A stretch of DNA of 32,000 nt from Candidatus Thorarchaeota archaeon (GCA_048882505.1 JBHLRO010000003.1:210001-242000), one strand, 5' to 3'. Shown: positions 8,939 to 17,600, counted from the stretch's first letter. Notes: generated from the sequence alone by a model not told the origin. Made by a program: numbers and translations.

Positions 8939-9151
8939 TTACTTCTGTGAAAAATACTGATCTAATGTCTTTGCAAGAATAGGGAGACGTTCAACCTCAG
9001 AAGGATCCATGAGCCTTCCCATATGCTCAAACAACAGTTCTCGGATCGCTGACCGAATTAATTCAGACCTATTAGGGAACTTTCGAATCCGGACGAGTTC
9101 GGCCATAACTTGAAGCGTTTCCTCATCCACATATAGCGTAACTGTTTCCAT
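8939..9151 (-). CDS. Ribbon-helix-helix (CopG/Arc-family) DNA-binding protein
   Basis: METVTLYVDEETLQVMAELVRIRKFPNRSELIRSAIRELL matches the beta-strand plus 'NRSELIRxAIRxLL' RHH pattern. Confidence 0.85.
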   Translation of the reverse strand: METVTLYVDEETLQVMAELVRIRKFPNRSELIRSAIRELLFEHMGRLMDPSEVERLPILAKTLDQYFSQK

Positions 9152-9489
9152 GATACCGTTTTCGTTGAGGAATTATCAAACTTAAAAAACACTACTACCG
9201 ACAATATTTTATGAAAACGTCCTTCCCCGTGGATTTCGCTTAGATTTTGAAAAGCACATAATCTGCGCTGTGATCTAAGGGAGGGTGGCGAATTTCTTTA
9301 AGATTTTTGATTTGGTGGATCCAGGTCTTCTTATCATGTTCAATTCATTCAGGTAAGTCGTGGCTTTGTTAACCTATTCATTTCTTATTCAAATGAGAAA
9401 TGCTTGATTTTCAACTCTTTCCGAATTTCCAACTATTTAAGTGTCTCACGAAACTGGGGGATAGATGCCTTTAAACCTGAATGTGATGA

Positions 9490-10038
9490 ATGATGCCAGC
9501 TGAACATCGCCCAATAATGTATGAAAAGATTGTAATCAGTCCCAAGCGTTTCCTGACTGTGAAATTGTGGCCACCCACGGCCCATCCTCAATGGGGGGTA
9601 ACTCGTGGGGCCATTGAAATTCAAGAGTCACGGATCGGGGAGAACAATGCCATCACATATGGTCAAGCTATTCGCCTCCCATGTAGCGGATCCACGGCGT
9701 TGGTGGCGACCTATCTTCAGCAGTATTTGCTAGAAGGGCGTCGGTTAAATCTGGAGGCTTCGAGGAATGATAAAGAAACGCAAGTTCCTGAATCCGATCA
9801 AACAAAAACTGATGCCTCTGACATCAAAGAAGTGATCTTATCTGAACTTGCTGGATTACAGACCTCTAAGTCTAGAGCATTCAAAACATTACAGGATCAG
9901 GGACATTCATTAGATAAATATGAGTTCTACACAGCGTTAGAAGAGTTAGCGAGTGAAGGAAAAATACAGAAAGAGCAGCGAACCCTTAAGGATTCTAAGG
10001 ACACATACGATCTATGGATAATTCCTCCTCAAACGTAA
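9490..10038 (+). CDS. Hypothetical two-domain protein: PC4/Sub1-like N-terminal domain plus winged-helix-like C-terminal domain
   Basis: The ORF is clearly protein-like. The domain calls come from by-eye comparison only (see findings). Confidence 0.6.
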   Translation: MMPAEHRPIMYEKIVISPKRFLTVKLWPPTAHPQWGVTRGAIEIQESRIGENNAITYGQAIRLPCSGSTALVATYLQQYLLEGRRLNLEASRNDKETQVPESDQTKTDASDIKEVILSELAGLQTSKSRAFKTLQDQGHSLDKYEFYTALEELASEGKIQKEQRTLKDSKDTYDLWIIPPQT

Positions 10039-10126
10039 ATCGATTTCGTTCAAGAATGATTGTGAAATAAAGACTTCGGAACCACCTACTACAACACCAG
10101 GGAAAACAGGTTCGATACTGAATAGA

Positions 10127-10645
10127 TCATAAGGCGAAAGGCGCCTCCCAGGCTCCTTGCACTCGGCCTACCCAATGAAACGGATAGGATATGGTAGCCC
10201 AGTGATAGTCCAAGAATATCTCGATATCTATAACCAAATATGCATCCATAATTGCGAGTATGAAAATCCATGACGACACGTTGATATTGAGACTTAACTG
10301 GTAATACTCGTATGGATCAATCTGCTTAATTCTATGAGAGACATTCAGGATTGGCATATCAGGAAACAATCCAAAAGTTTCAATGCTTACTATTGAGAGG
10401 ATTGCTTCAATCCTTATATTTTCTAATGTTGCGGGGGATTGATTCGACACGTTAACTGGAATCGTTACGTCAATGTATCCGCTAAAGCTTGAACCCTCTC
10501 TAGAAAGGTTTGGTTTAACTGTTGGTTGAGGAGGTATTTCAACCTGGATGTTCTGAGCGGAAAAAAAGAGCATTATTGTTAATGATGCTATCAGTACAGT
10601 TGCCGTTATAGGGATGATTAATGGTTTCTTAGATCGAGGATTCAT
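10127..10645 (-). CDS. Membrane-anchored hypothetical protein (N-terminal TM plus beta-rich extracytoplasmic domain)
   Basis: Basic N-terminus, a TM segment (aa about 9-28), then alternating beta-strand patterns; ATGA 4-nt overlap with the upstream gene. Confidence 0.65.
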   Translation of the reverse strand: MNPRSKKPLIIPITATVLIASLTIMLFFSAQNIQVEIPPQPTVKPNLSREGSSFSGYIDVTIPVNVSNQSPATLENIRIEAILSIVSIETFGLFPDMPILNVSHRIKQIDPYEYYQLSLNINVSSWIFILAIMDAYLVIDIEIFLDYHWATISYPFHWVGRVQGAWEAPFAL

Positions 10646-10848
10646 GATTTAGACATCCAAAGACCCGCGATAGCTAAGCTAGATGCCATAACCATAAATA
10701 TGATCAAAACAATGGTGAGGTTTGAACCAACTTCAAAAATATAGGTTCCGCCCGTTCTACTACCAAGAAAAATACCAAGAATCGTAGATCCCGTCATAAT
10801 AGCGGTGATCTTCCCTACATCCAACAGATTCTTGTTATCCATTTGCAT
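10642..10848 (-). CDS. Small two-TM membrane protein
   Basis: 68 aa with two hydrophobic helices; translationally coupled (ATGA overlap) to 10127..10645. Confidence 0.65.
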   Translation of the reverse strand: MQMDNKNLLDVGKITAIMTGSTILGIFLGSRTGGTYIFEVGSNLTIVLIIFMVMASSLAIAGLWMSKS

Positions 10849-11004
10849 TCACAAATGATTCATCATGATTTATCATTTGATAATCATTTACTACCTTGAT
10901 ATATATAAGGTTAACTATATGTATATCATCCGCTTATCCAAAGATTTTTAAAGGATTATCAAACATAGTAATATGCATTAATCAACCATGTAACGGGAAC
11001 TATT

Positions 11005-11223
11005 ATGGCTAAAGGCAAACGAGAGAAGGAAACGGCCTCCAAAAGGTCAGCACAAATCACCAAGGCAAAAACAATCTTGTTAAGAGTTTCTGATAATCTT
11101 TATGATTCTATCGAAAAAGCCATCCAATTAGGGATCGCAGATAACGCCTCCGAATTTGTACGACGCTGCGTAGTCAATCAGCTTTTGGATTTACGATTAT
11201 TGGGATTGGAAGAGAAACAATAG
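11005..11223 (+). CDS. Ribbon-helix-helix (CopG-like) DNA-binding protein with a basic N-terminal arm
   Basis: KTILLRVSDNLYDSIEKAIQLGIADNASEFVRRCV fits the RHH strand-helix-'SEFVR' helix pattern. Confidence 0.75.
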   Translation: MAKGKREKETASKRSAQITKAKTILLRVSDNLYDSIEKAIQLGIADNASEFVRRCVVNQLLDLRLLGLEEKQ

Positions 11224-11444
11224 GCTGGTGGCAGTTTTTCTATTCAGGGAAGATTAGTCCCGAAATTCTACAAGCATTGATTCTCTTTTATGGCTTTATG
11301 ATAAAAATCCCGATGTATCGAAATGTTCCTTTTCCCTGTACGGGGCCTAGATACTGTAACAATTCTCGGCATTTATTCTACGAGTTCGATGAATTGAGGA
11401 AATGGGCCCGCCGTAAACATAAACGTTATTTATTGCCCTTATAA

Positions 11445-13034
11445 TTGAGCAGGCGTTTTCTTAAACGTTGTCTCAAGGAAAAGGGAACAGTCGTGTCAAA
11501 ACCAAGGAATCTTCTGATAGGTTGCCTGATTATAGTCATAACCATGGGATTGCTATCTATATATCCCGTAAAGGGATATAATTCCTTATCGATCAAATAT
11601 TCTACATATCTGGGGGGAAATGGTACAGAAGGATGGGGATTTCTGCATTTTGATAACTCAAATAACCTTATCCTAATCTCCAATACGGATAGCACCGATT
11701 TTCAAATGAAAGATGCCATCCAATCAACTAATGCCGGCGAACGAGATGCATTCTGTCTGAAATTCGATCCTAATGGTGAAACCCTCCTCCTTGCAACGCT
11801 TTACGGAGGCTCTGGAGATGATTTTACAAGTGATGCAGCCGTTGACTCACAAGGAAACGTCATCATAGCTGGCACAACCACCTCCACAGACTTTCCTGTA
11901 CATCATGCTCTAGAAGAGAATAAGAGCTCTTATAGCATCGATATTTTTGTGTTTAAACTTTCTTCCGACGGACAGAATGTGATTTTCTCTACGTTACTGG
12001 GTTCTGGGAGTGATTATCATTCAATTGGAGTTACCACCGATTCAAATGATAACATTATCATTACTGGATCTACTATTGCTCCTGATTTTCAAGTTAAAGA
12101 TGCTTATCAAGTGAATAAATCGGGCGGAACGGATGCTTTCATCACCAAAATCTCTCCAGATGGACAAAATGTAGTTTTCTCAACCTTTTTTGGAGGATCC
12201 GCTGATGACCAAATAAAAAGAGTTACCACCGATAAGAGCAATAACATTATTGTAATTGGAGTTACATCCTCTTTAGGGGATTTTCCTATTAAGAACGCCA
12301 TACAACCAAACAGAAGTTCCAGCGAGTGGGATGTCTTTCTCTCTAAGTTTTCTTCAGATGGACAGGAATTGATTTTCTCAACATTTTATGGAGGAAGTCG
12401 TCCGTGGGGCCCAGCAGCCGTGATTTGTGATTCGAATGACAGTATTTTGGCTGCTGGCGAAACAAATTCCCGGGAATTTCCAGTAAGAAAGGCATTTCAA
12501 GTGAACTATGGAGGAGGAGAATTAGATTCATTCCTTGCTAAGTTAAGTCCTGATGGGCAGGAAATTTTCTTCTCAACGTTCATTGGAGGAAAGGGTAGTG
12601 AAGGTCCAATAGGACTTACCATAAACTCAAAAGAAAACATTTTTTTAACTGGAAGTACGAATTCATATGATTTCGTGTCAAAAAATGCCTTTCAAGCTCA
12701 AAACAATGGTGTCTGGGAGGGATACATAATGGAGTTCAGTAATAATGGCCAGGATTTGCTGTTCTCGTCCTTTTATGGCGGATCTAGTAATGACTATTCC
12801 ACATCAGTCACGCTGATCCCTGAAACCAATGATTCTATGTTCATAGCCGGTCATGGAAGTTCTCGAGACCTTAGTCTTGTGTCTCCTTATCAAGAATCCT
12901 ATGGTGGAGGGGAATTCGACCTTTTCCTTTGCAGGCTGGAATATATTAGCCCTCAACAACCATCGACAACTGGGTTCGAAATGCCAGTTCTTTTAGGATT
13001 TGTTATTATCTTTTTAGCCAGAAAAAGGAAATAA
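11445..13034 (+). CDS. Secreted/surface SBBP-repeat seven-bladed beta-propeller protein with a C-terminal sorting signal
   Basis: Signal peptide; seven repeats of [F/Y/L]-S/A-T/S-x-x-G-G/S (YSTYLGG, LATLYGG, FSTLLGS, FSTFFGG, FSTFYGG, FSTFIGG, FSSFYGG); C-terminus STTGFE-hydrophobic-RKRK. The start may be GTG 11493. Confidence 0.88.
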   Translation: MSRRFLKRCLKEKGTVVSKPRNLLIGCLIIVITMGLLSIYPVKGYNSLSIKYSTYLGGNGTEGWGFLHFDNSNNLILISNTDSTDFQMKDAIQSTNAGERDAFCLKFDPNGETLLLATLYGGSGDDFTSDAAVDSQGNVIIAGTTTSTDFPVHHALEENKSSYSIDIFVFKLSSDGQNVIFSTLLGSGSDYHSIGVTTDSNDNIIITGSTIAPDFQVKDAYQVNKSGGTDAFITKISPDGQNVVFSTFFGGSADDQIKRVTTDKSNNIIVIGVTSSLGDFPIKNAIQPNRSSSEWDVFLSKFSSDGQELIFSTFYGGSRPWGPAAVICDSNDSILAAGETNSREFPVRKAFQVNYGGGELDSFLAKLSPDGQEIFFSTFIGGKGSEGPIGLTINSKENIFLTGSTNSYDFVSKNAFQAQNNGVWEGYIMEFSNNGQDLLFSSFYGGSSNDYSTSVTLIPETNDSMFIAGHGSSRDLSLVSPYQESYGGGEFDLFLCRLEYISPQQPSTTGFEMPVLLGFVIIFLARKRK

Positions 13035-13137
13035 GATAGTAATTTTGGCCCCTGTTTAGAAACAAACCCGATTGGGGATTTGTTTAGCAAAGGAAATGTT
13101 ATCGGTCAGGATCCGTAAACCAAGTAGAAGATGTCAA

Positions 13138-14040
13138 ATGACCCATCGCGAGATTCCAGATCGATTCTTCATAAATGAAACTCCGTCTGAAGCAGAGACG
13201 AAGATTGTTCAAAAGGGACTCGAAGATCATAACAAAAGGCACCCTTACGGTGAATTGGATATTCCTACTCCCGATATTAGTTTAGTCCTGAGAGACGCCG
13301 ATGGAATCATAATTGGGGGTGTGATTACAAGTATGCTCATTGGGGTCATGCATCTAGAAGTTCTCTGGGTTGAGGAAAGCTATCGAAACCAAGGTTTTGC
13401 GAAAGCTCTTGTTTTGGAGGCCGAAAGAATTGGGAAAGAGAAGGGCTACTCTGCATCACAGACATGGACCTTCTCCTTTCAGGCTCCCGGTTTTTACCAA
13501 CGAATTGGGTATAGGATAGTAGGCATCTTTGATGGATATAGTAATGGTATTACTGAGTACGTTCTCTTAAAGAAGTTTGAATTCGATGAACCGTCGTTAA
13601 ATAGTTTCACCCACGCTGGATTTAGCATTTTGGAAGATTCCTCAGAGGAATCAATGAGTGTTTTGCACAGAGGACTACGCCAATACGTGAAAAAGCACGT
13701 TGGTGAGTTACGAAAAAAACACCCAGGAATAAGGATCAACTTGGTTCTCAAGAATAGTGATCAACAGGTCATCGGAGGATTACATGCCTATACTACCCTT
13801 AGGGCCGTGCACACGGAATGTCTATGGGTTGATCGAAGTTCTCGCAAACTTGGTTATGGAAAAAAACTCTTGGTAGCCGCTGAAAAAATCGCAAAAGAGA
13901 ATGGTTGTATTTCAGGTTTAGTGATGGTATTCTCATTCCAGTCTCCTGAATTCTTTCAAAAATTGGGGTATGAAATATTTGGGGTTTCCGATGGCTATCC
14001 TGGTTCAATTAAGGAACATTTTCTGATAAAAAGGTTTTGA
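13138..14040 (+). CDS. Tandem (two-domain) GNAT acetyltransferase
   Basis: Two homologous halves: LWVEESYRNQGFAK..TFSFQAPGFYQRIGY and LWVDRSSRKLGYGK..VFSFQSPEFFQKLGY. Likely start is MTHRE at 13138 (track 13072). Confidence 0.9.
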   Translation: MTHREIPDRFFINETPSEAETKIVQKGLEDHNKRHPYGELDIPTPDISLVLRDADGIIIGGVITSMLIGVMHLEVLWVEESYRNQGFAKALVLEAERIGKEKGYSASQTWTFSFQAPGFYQRIGYRIVGIFDGYSNGITEYVLLKKFEFDEPSLNSFTHAGFSILEDSSEESMSVLHRGLRQYVKKHVGELRKKHPGIRINLVLKNSDQQVIGGLHAYTTLRAVHTECLWVDRSSRKLGYGKKLLVAAEKIAKENGCISGLVMVFSFQSPEFFQKLGYEIFGVSDGYPGSIKEHFLIKRF

Positions 14041-14123
14041 TCTCTCGTACACTACAATAAAGAGAGAAATTCTACGATTTAATGCCTGAATGAATTAGTT
14101 TGTGACCCCTAGCTGAATTTGCC

Positions 14124-14537
14124 ATGACCCAATCCTTTATAAACAACAACAACACGAACAACACGAACTCGAAAAATCGGGTTCGGGTTGAACGCAAAAA
14201 GTTGAACCAATATATCAATGCAAATGAAAGCCATATGAATGGGAAACTTTTCTTTGCCCTCGTGCTTGGAATTCAGAGCCTGATAATTCTCATCTGGCTT
14301 ATTCTTGGCGTAAGAACACCATTGATAGTAGTTTTTGCATGTATCTTTCTTGGCAGTATTCTCTGTCTGTCAATCTTTACTACGAAAAAACAGAGGCCAA
14401 GACAGTCATCTCCAGAGTGGGCATCTGGAGGGCACTCCTCCGCTTTGGGTTCAAGCAATTACTGCTCTAATTGTGGTATGGAAAACGCACGGGATAGCAA
14501 ATACTGCATCGCCTGTGGATTTCAACTAGGGCAATAA
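14124..14537 (+). CDS. Two-TM membrane protein with a C-terminal zinc ribbon
   Basis: Two TM helices, then YCSNCG...YCIACG (zinc-ribbon CxxC..CxxC); Asn-rich N-terminus. Confidence 0.8.
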   Translation: MTQSFINNNNTNNTNSKNRVRVERKKLNQYINANESHMNGKLFFALVLGIQSLIILIWLILGVRTPLIVVFACIFLGSILCLSIFTTKKQRPRQSSPEWASGGHSSALGSSNYCSNCGMENARDSKYCIACGFQLGQ

Positions 14538-14544
14538 TTTCCCA

Positions 14545-14558
14545 TTTTTTCTTTTTTT
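14545..14558 (+). terminator. Oligo-T tract after the Zn-ribbon gene (archaeal-type terminator)
   Basis: TTTTTTCTTTTTTT immediately after the stop at 14537. Confidence 0.45.
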
Positions 14559-14572
14559 CCGGTTCGTTTTTA

Positions 14573-15286
14573 CTACCATGGAAGTTCTTCATTCCGGTAG
14601 TTAATGAATTTTCCCGTGTATTCCATTGTAAGAGAATCAATTACACTAATCATTCCTTTGATCGATTCTGTTGGCGATAAAGGGGCACGATGTCCGCCCA
14701 AGTCAGTTTTTACATGACCTGGATGTAGTGGAATTACAATAATTCCTTCTTCCTTTAGTCGAAGGGCCATTAGTTTTGAAAGCATGCTTAGAGCGGTTTT
14801 ACTTTCACAATACGAATACCAGAATACTGTGGTCTTTCGTGCCAGTGAACTCAACCCAGAGGTAATATTAAGAATCCTTGGCTTATTTTCTTTCTTAATA
14901 ATGTCCAAAAACAATTCTACTAACAATACTGGTGCTAAAGAATTCACATTGAAGACTTCAAGCATATCTTCTGAACATAGTTCTCCCAGAACATAACTAG
15001 TACGGCCTCCGCCAGCCGCGATTCCCGCATTATTGATGAAAATATTAATGGATCCAAATTGTTCCTTGACATAGTTATAACCCTCTTTTCTCTCTTCCGC
15101 GTCAGTTACTTCAAGTTTCAGAATAATTAACCTTTCAGGATGACGCTTTTTCAGTTCGTTCAGATCGTTAGCGTCGATAGGGTTCCGACATGTAGCAATT
15201 ACCTCGTCTCCTCTTTCTAGATATTGGTTTACGAACTCCAATCCCAATCCCCTGTTGGTTCCAGTAATAAACACTCTGGCCATCAT
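14573..15286 (-). CDS. Short-chain dehydrogenase/reductase (CsgA/C-factor-like), copy 1
   Basis: TGTNRGLG, NNAG, catalytic S (ITS), YCESK (YxxxK), HPGHVKTDLGG, terminal LPW. Start MMARV at 15286 by alignment to copy 2. Confidence 0.92.
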   Translation of the reverse strand: MMARVFITGTNRGLGLEFVNQYLERGDEVIATCRNPIDANDLNELKKRHPERLIILKLEVTDAEERKEGYNYVKEQFGSINIFINNAGIAAGGGRTSYVLGELCSEDMLEVFNVNSLAPVLLVELFLDIIKKENKPRILNITSGLSSLARKTTVFWYSYCESKTALSMLSKLMALRLKEEGIIVIPLHPGHVKTDLGGHRAPLSPTESIKGMISVIDSLTMEYTGKFINYRNEELPW

Positions 15287-15591
15287 TATTCCTCCGTCAA
15301 TTACCATTTCATTCGTATGTCATTCATAACATTACTAACATCTTATTCCTTCTCTACAACTGAACCATCATGATATTGAGCAAATCGTCCTTTCGATGCA
15401 GGATGTACGGGGTCACTCCTCTCCCACGGCCAGCCACCAAATTGTGTTCGATGGAAATCAGCGAAGGCTTGTTGGATCTCTTGCCGAGTATTCATAATGA
15501 AGGGCCCGTATTGGACAACCTGCTCTTCTATGGCATTACCTTGGAGGAACAAAATTCGGCTCGGATCCGAACCGTTTTTCAGACTAATAGG
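14573..15591. repeat. Direct repeat copy 1 (SDR + intergenic + pirin 3' end); copy 2 is 16887..17905, constant offset 2,314 bp
   Basis: SDR stops (14573/16887), SDR starts (15286/17600) and pirin stops (15343/17657) all differ by exactly 2,314, consistent with a gapless alignment. Confidence 0.9.
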
Positions 15592-15612
15592 GCCTATTTC
15601 GTCCCTCACCAT
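15343..15612 (-). pseudogene. Truncated 3' fragment of pirin (duplicate of the last ~80 codons of 17657..18673)
   Basis: 15356-15582 is identical to 17670-17896. The fragment lacks the N-terminal cupin metal ligands, and its first ~10 codons are unrelated sequence. Confidence 0.85.
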
Positions 15613-15908
15613 AGTTCAGGAGGCTGTGAGGTGTTTTGCGTCAGTAACAGCGAAATTGACTGAAATTTTCAAAATTTCATCCACCTTTTTTGGAGACGAA
15701 AAAACCTTCCTGTTCTTTTTATATGCTCTAAATATTCATCCCCAAAGCCTTCAATGTTAGCATCGATTCGATAGAAAAGTTCCCCAAAGTATTAACTATT
15801 ATTCACCGAGCTGTTTAATAAGTAGTCAACGTCCATCAATTGCCAGTGGGTAGAAGGTGAACGATAAGCAGTTCAACATGTCAGAGGCTAGACAAATAAT
15901 AAAACCGT

Positions 15909-16004
15909 ATGCTTCCCACAATTTCTGAAACCCTCTCGGCACTCGCCAAGGAAAATCGTCTTAGATTACTAATTATGCTTTCTGATGGTATAAATGAGTC
16001 TTGA
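15909..16004 (+). pseudogene. Possible remnant of an ArsR-like HTH regulator N-terminus
   Basis: Hand translation MLPTISETLSALAKENRLRLLIMLSDGINES* resembles ArsR helix 1-2 (xxALAxxxRLRILxxL) and stops before the HTH. An out-of-frame ATG at 15878 could supply MSEARQIIKP. Confidence 0.35.
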
Positions 16005-16102
16005 GGAAGCCATTAATAAATGGTAAGACTATCAATAGGGGTACCCGCACCAAAGACGAGTTCTTCATAAGTTCGCAGTAAAGATTTTTTTGAGGATAAC
16101 TG

Positions 16103-16756
16103 ATGTTTAATATTGAAATAGACGAAATAAAGGCTAATGGTTATATTGCATACCCCAAGAATAAAGACGGTGATGGTATTCTTGTTTTACACGCTTGGTG
16201 GGGATTAAATGAATTCATCATACAGTTTTCTGACAGGTTAGCTGAAGAGGGGTTTTTGGTATTGGCGCCAGACCTCTATAAGGGAAAACTAGCCAATAAC
16301 ATCAGGGAAGCGGAAAGCCTAAGTAACAACTTAGACCCAAAAGAAACTAACTCCATCTTGAAAAACATCGTTGGTTATTTCCTAAAACATCCAAATTGTA
16401 AAAGTTCAAGACTTGGAGTGGTGGGACTTTCTTTGGGTGCTAGCTGGGCTGTTTGGTTGGCCCAGAACAGACCGAAAGAAATCGAGAAAGTAGTCCTTTT
16501 TTATGGCACTGGGGATGGCGATTTTTCTAATATTCTTGCTTCCTTGCAGTGTCACTTTGCTGAAAACGATCCTTATGAGGAAATTAAATATGTCAACAAT
16601 TTCAAAAGGCGCCTCCAACTAGCAAATATAGAAGCAAATCATTATCATTATCCAGATACAAGTCATTGGTTTTTTGAGACGAATCAGGGGGAGTATTTTC
16701 ATAAAGAAGCTTCAGAATTGGCTTGGAAAAGAGCTCTAGACTTTTTAAAAAGGTGA
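16103..16756 (+). CDS. Dienelactone hydrolase-family alpha/beta hydrolase
   Basis: VLHAWWGLN, APDLY, nucleophile elbow GLSLGA (Ser where the canonical DLH has Cys), HFAENDPY, HWF. Confidence 0.9.
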   Translation: MFNIEIDEIKANGYIAYPKNKDGDGILVLHAWWGLNEFIIQFSDRLAEEGFLVLAPDLYKGKLANNIREAESLSNNLDPKETNSILKNIVGYFLKHPNCKSSRLGVVGLSLGASWAVWLAQNRPKEIEKVVLFYGTGDGDFSNILASLQCHFAENDPYEEIKYVNNFKRRLQLANIEANHYHYPDTSHWFFETNQGEYFHKEASELAWKRALDFLKR

Positions 16757-16886
16757 AACTTGCGTACGATGAATTCGTTTTTTTTGAAGGTCAGGCCTAG
16801 AAAGGGTTGGTAGATCGCAACCTAAAACCCCTCCTCCGAACTTGGCTAATAACTAGCCTCAACTATTATTCTGAGATCGATGTTCT

Positions 16887-17600
16887 TCACCATGGCAATT
16901 CTTCATATCGCCAGTCAATAAATCTCCCCGTATCCTCTATTGAAAGGGCCTGAATTACTTTTATCATTCCTTCTATTGATTCCTTCGGATATAGCGGGGC
17001 ATGATAACCTCCTAAATCAGTCTTGACATGCCCAGGATGAAGGGGAATGACAATAATTCCTTCATCCCTCAGTTGAACTGCCATTAACTTTGAAAACATA
17101 TTTAATGCGGTTTTACTTGCACTATACGAATACCTAAACACAGACGTTCTCCTTACAAGTGAACTTAAACCAGATGTTATGTTGATAATCTTTGGATTCT
17201 TGCCTTTCTTAATCAGACCAAGGAATGTTTCGACAAGCAAAACCGGGGCAACGGAATTCACCTCAAAGACTTTTAGCATGTCTTCGTTATGTAGTTCTCC
17301 TAGAATGTAACTACCGCTTTTTCCTCCCGTTGCAATTCCTGCATTATTAATAAAAATATCTATAAAATCAAACTGCTTTTTAATGTCGTGATAAGCCTCC
17401 TTTCTCTCATCCTCGTTAGTTACATCAAGTTTAAAGATTGATAGATCATCAGGATATTCTTCTTTTAGTTTATTTAGTTCAAAAGCCGTGTCAGGCTTTC
17501 TACAAGTGGCTATTACTTGATCTCCTCTTTCTAGATATTGTTTTACGAATTCCAACCCCAACCCCCTATTAGTTCCAGTAATAAACACTCTTACCATCAT
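16887..17600 (-). CDS. Short-chain dehydrogenase/reductase (CsgA/C-factor-like), copy 2
   Basis: TGTNRGLG, NNAG, YSASK, HPGHVKTDLGG; 164/237 aa (69%) identical to copy 1 by hand count. Confidence 0.93.
   Translation of the reverse strand: MMVRVFITGTNRGLGLEFVKQYLERGDQVIATCRKPDTAFELNKLKEEYPDDLSIFKLDVTNEDERKEAYHDIKKQFDFIDIFINNAGIATGGKSGSYILGELHNEDMLKVFEVNSVAPVLLVETFLGLIKKGKNPKIINITSGLSSLVRRTSVFRYSYSASKTALNMFSKLMAVQLRDEGIIVIPLHPGHVKTDLGGYHAPLYPKESIEGMIKVIQALSIEDTGRFIDWRYEELPW

Noticed and set aside
11600-12950. Regularly spaced repeats that could suggest an array
   Set aside because: They are degenerate, in-frame protein-level SBBP propeller repeats, not a CRISPR or DNA repeat array.
14142-14168. 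(AAC)n / AACAACACG x2 micro-repeat at the start of the Zn-ribbon membrane gene
   Set aside because: This is a short in-frame Asn/Thr low-complexity stretch, too small to indicate phase variation.
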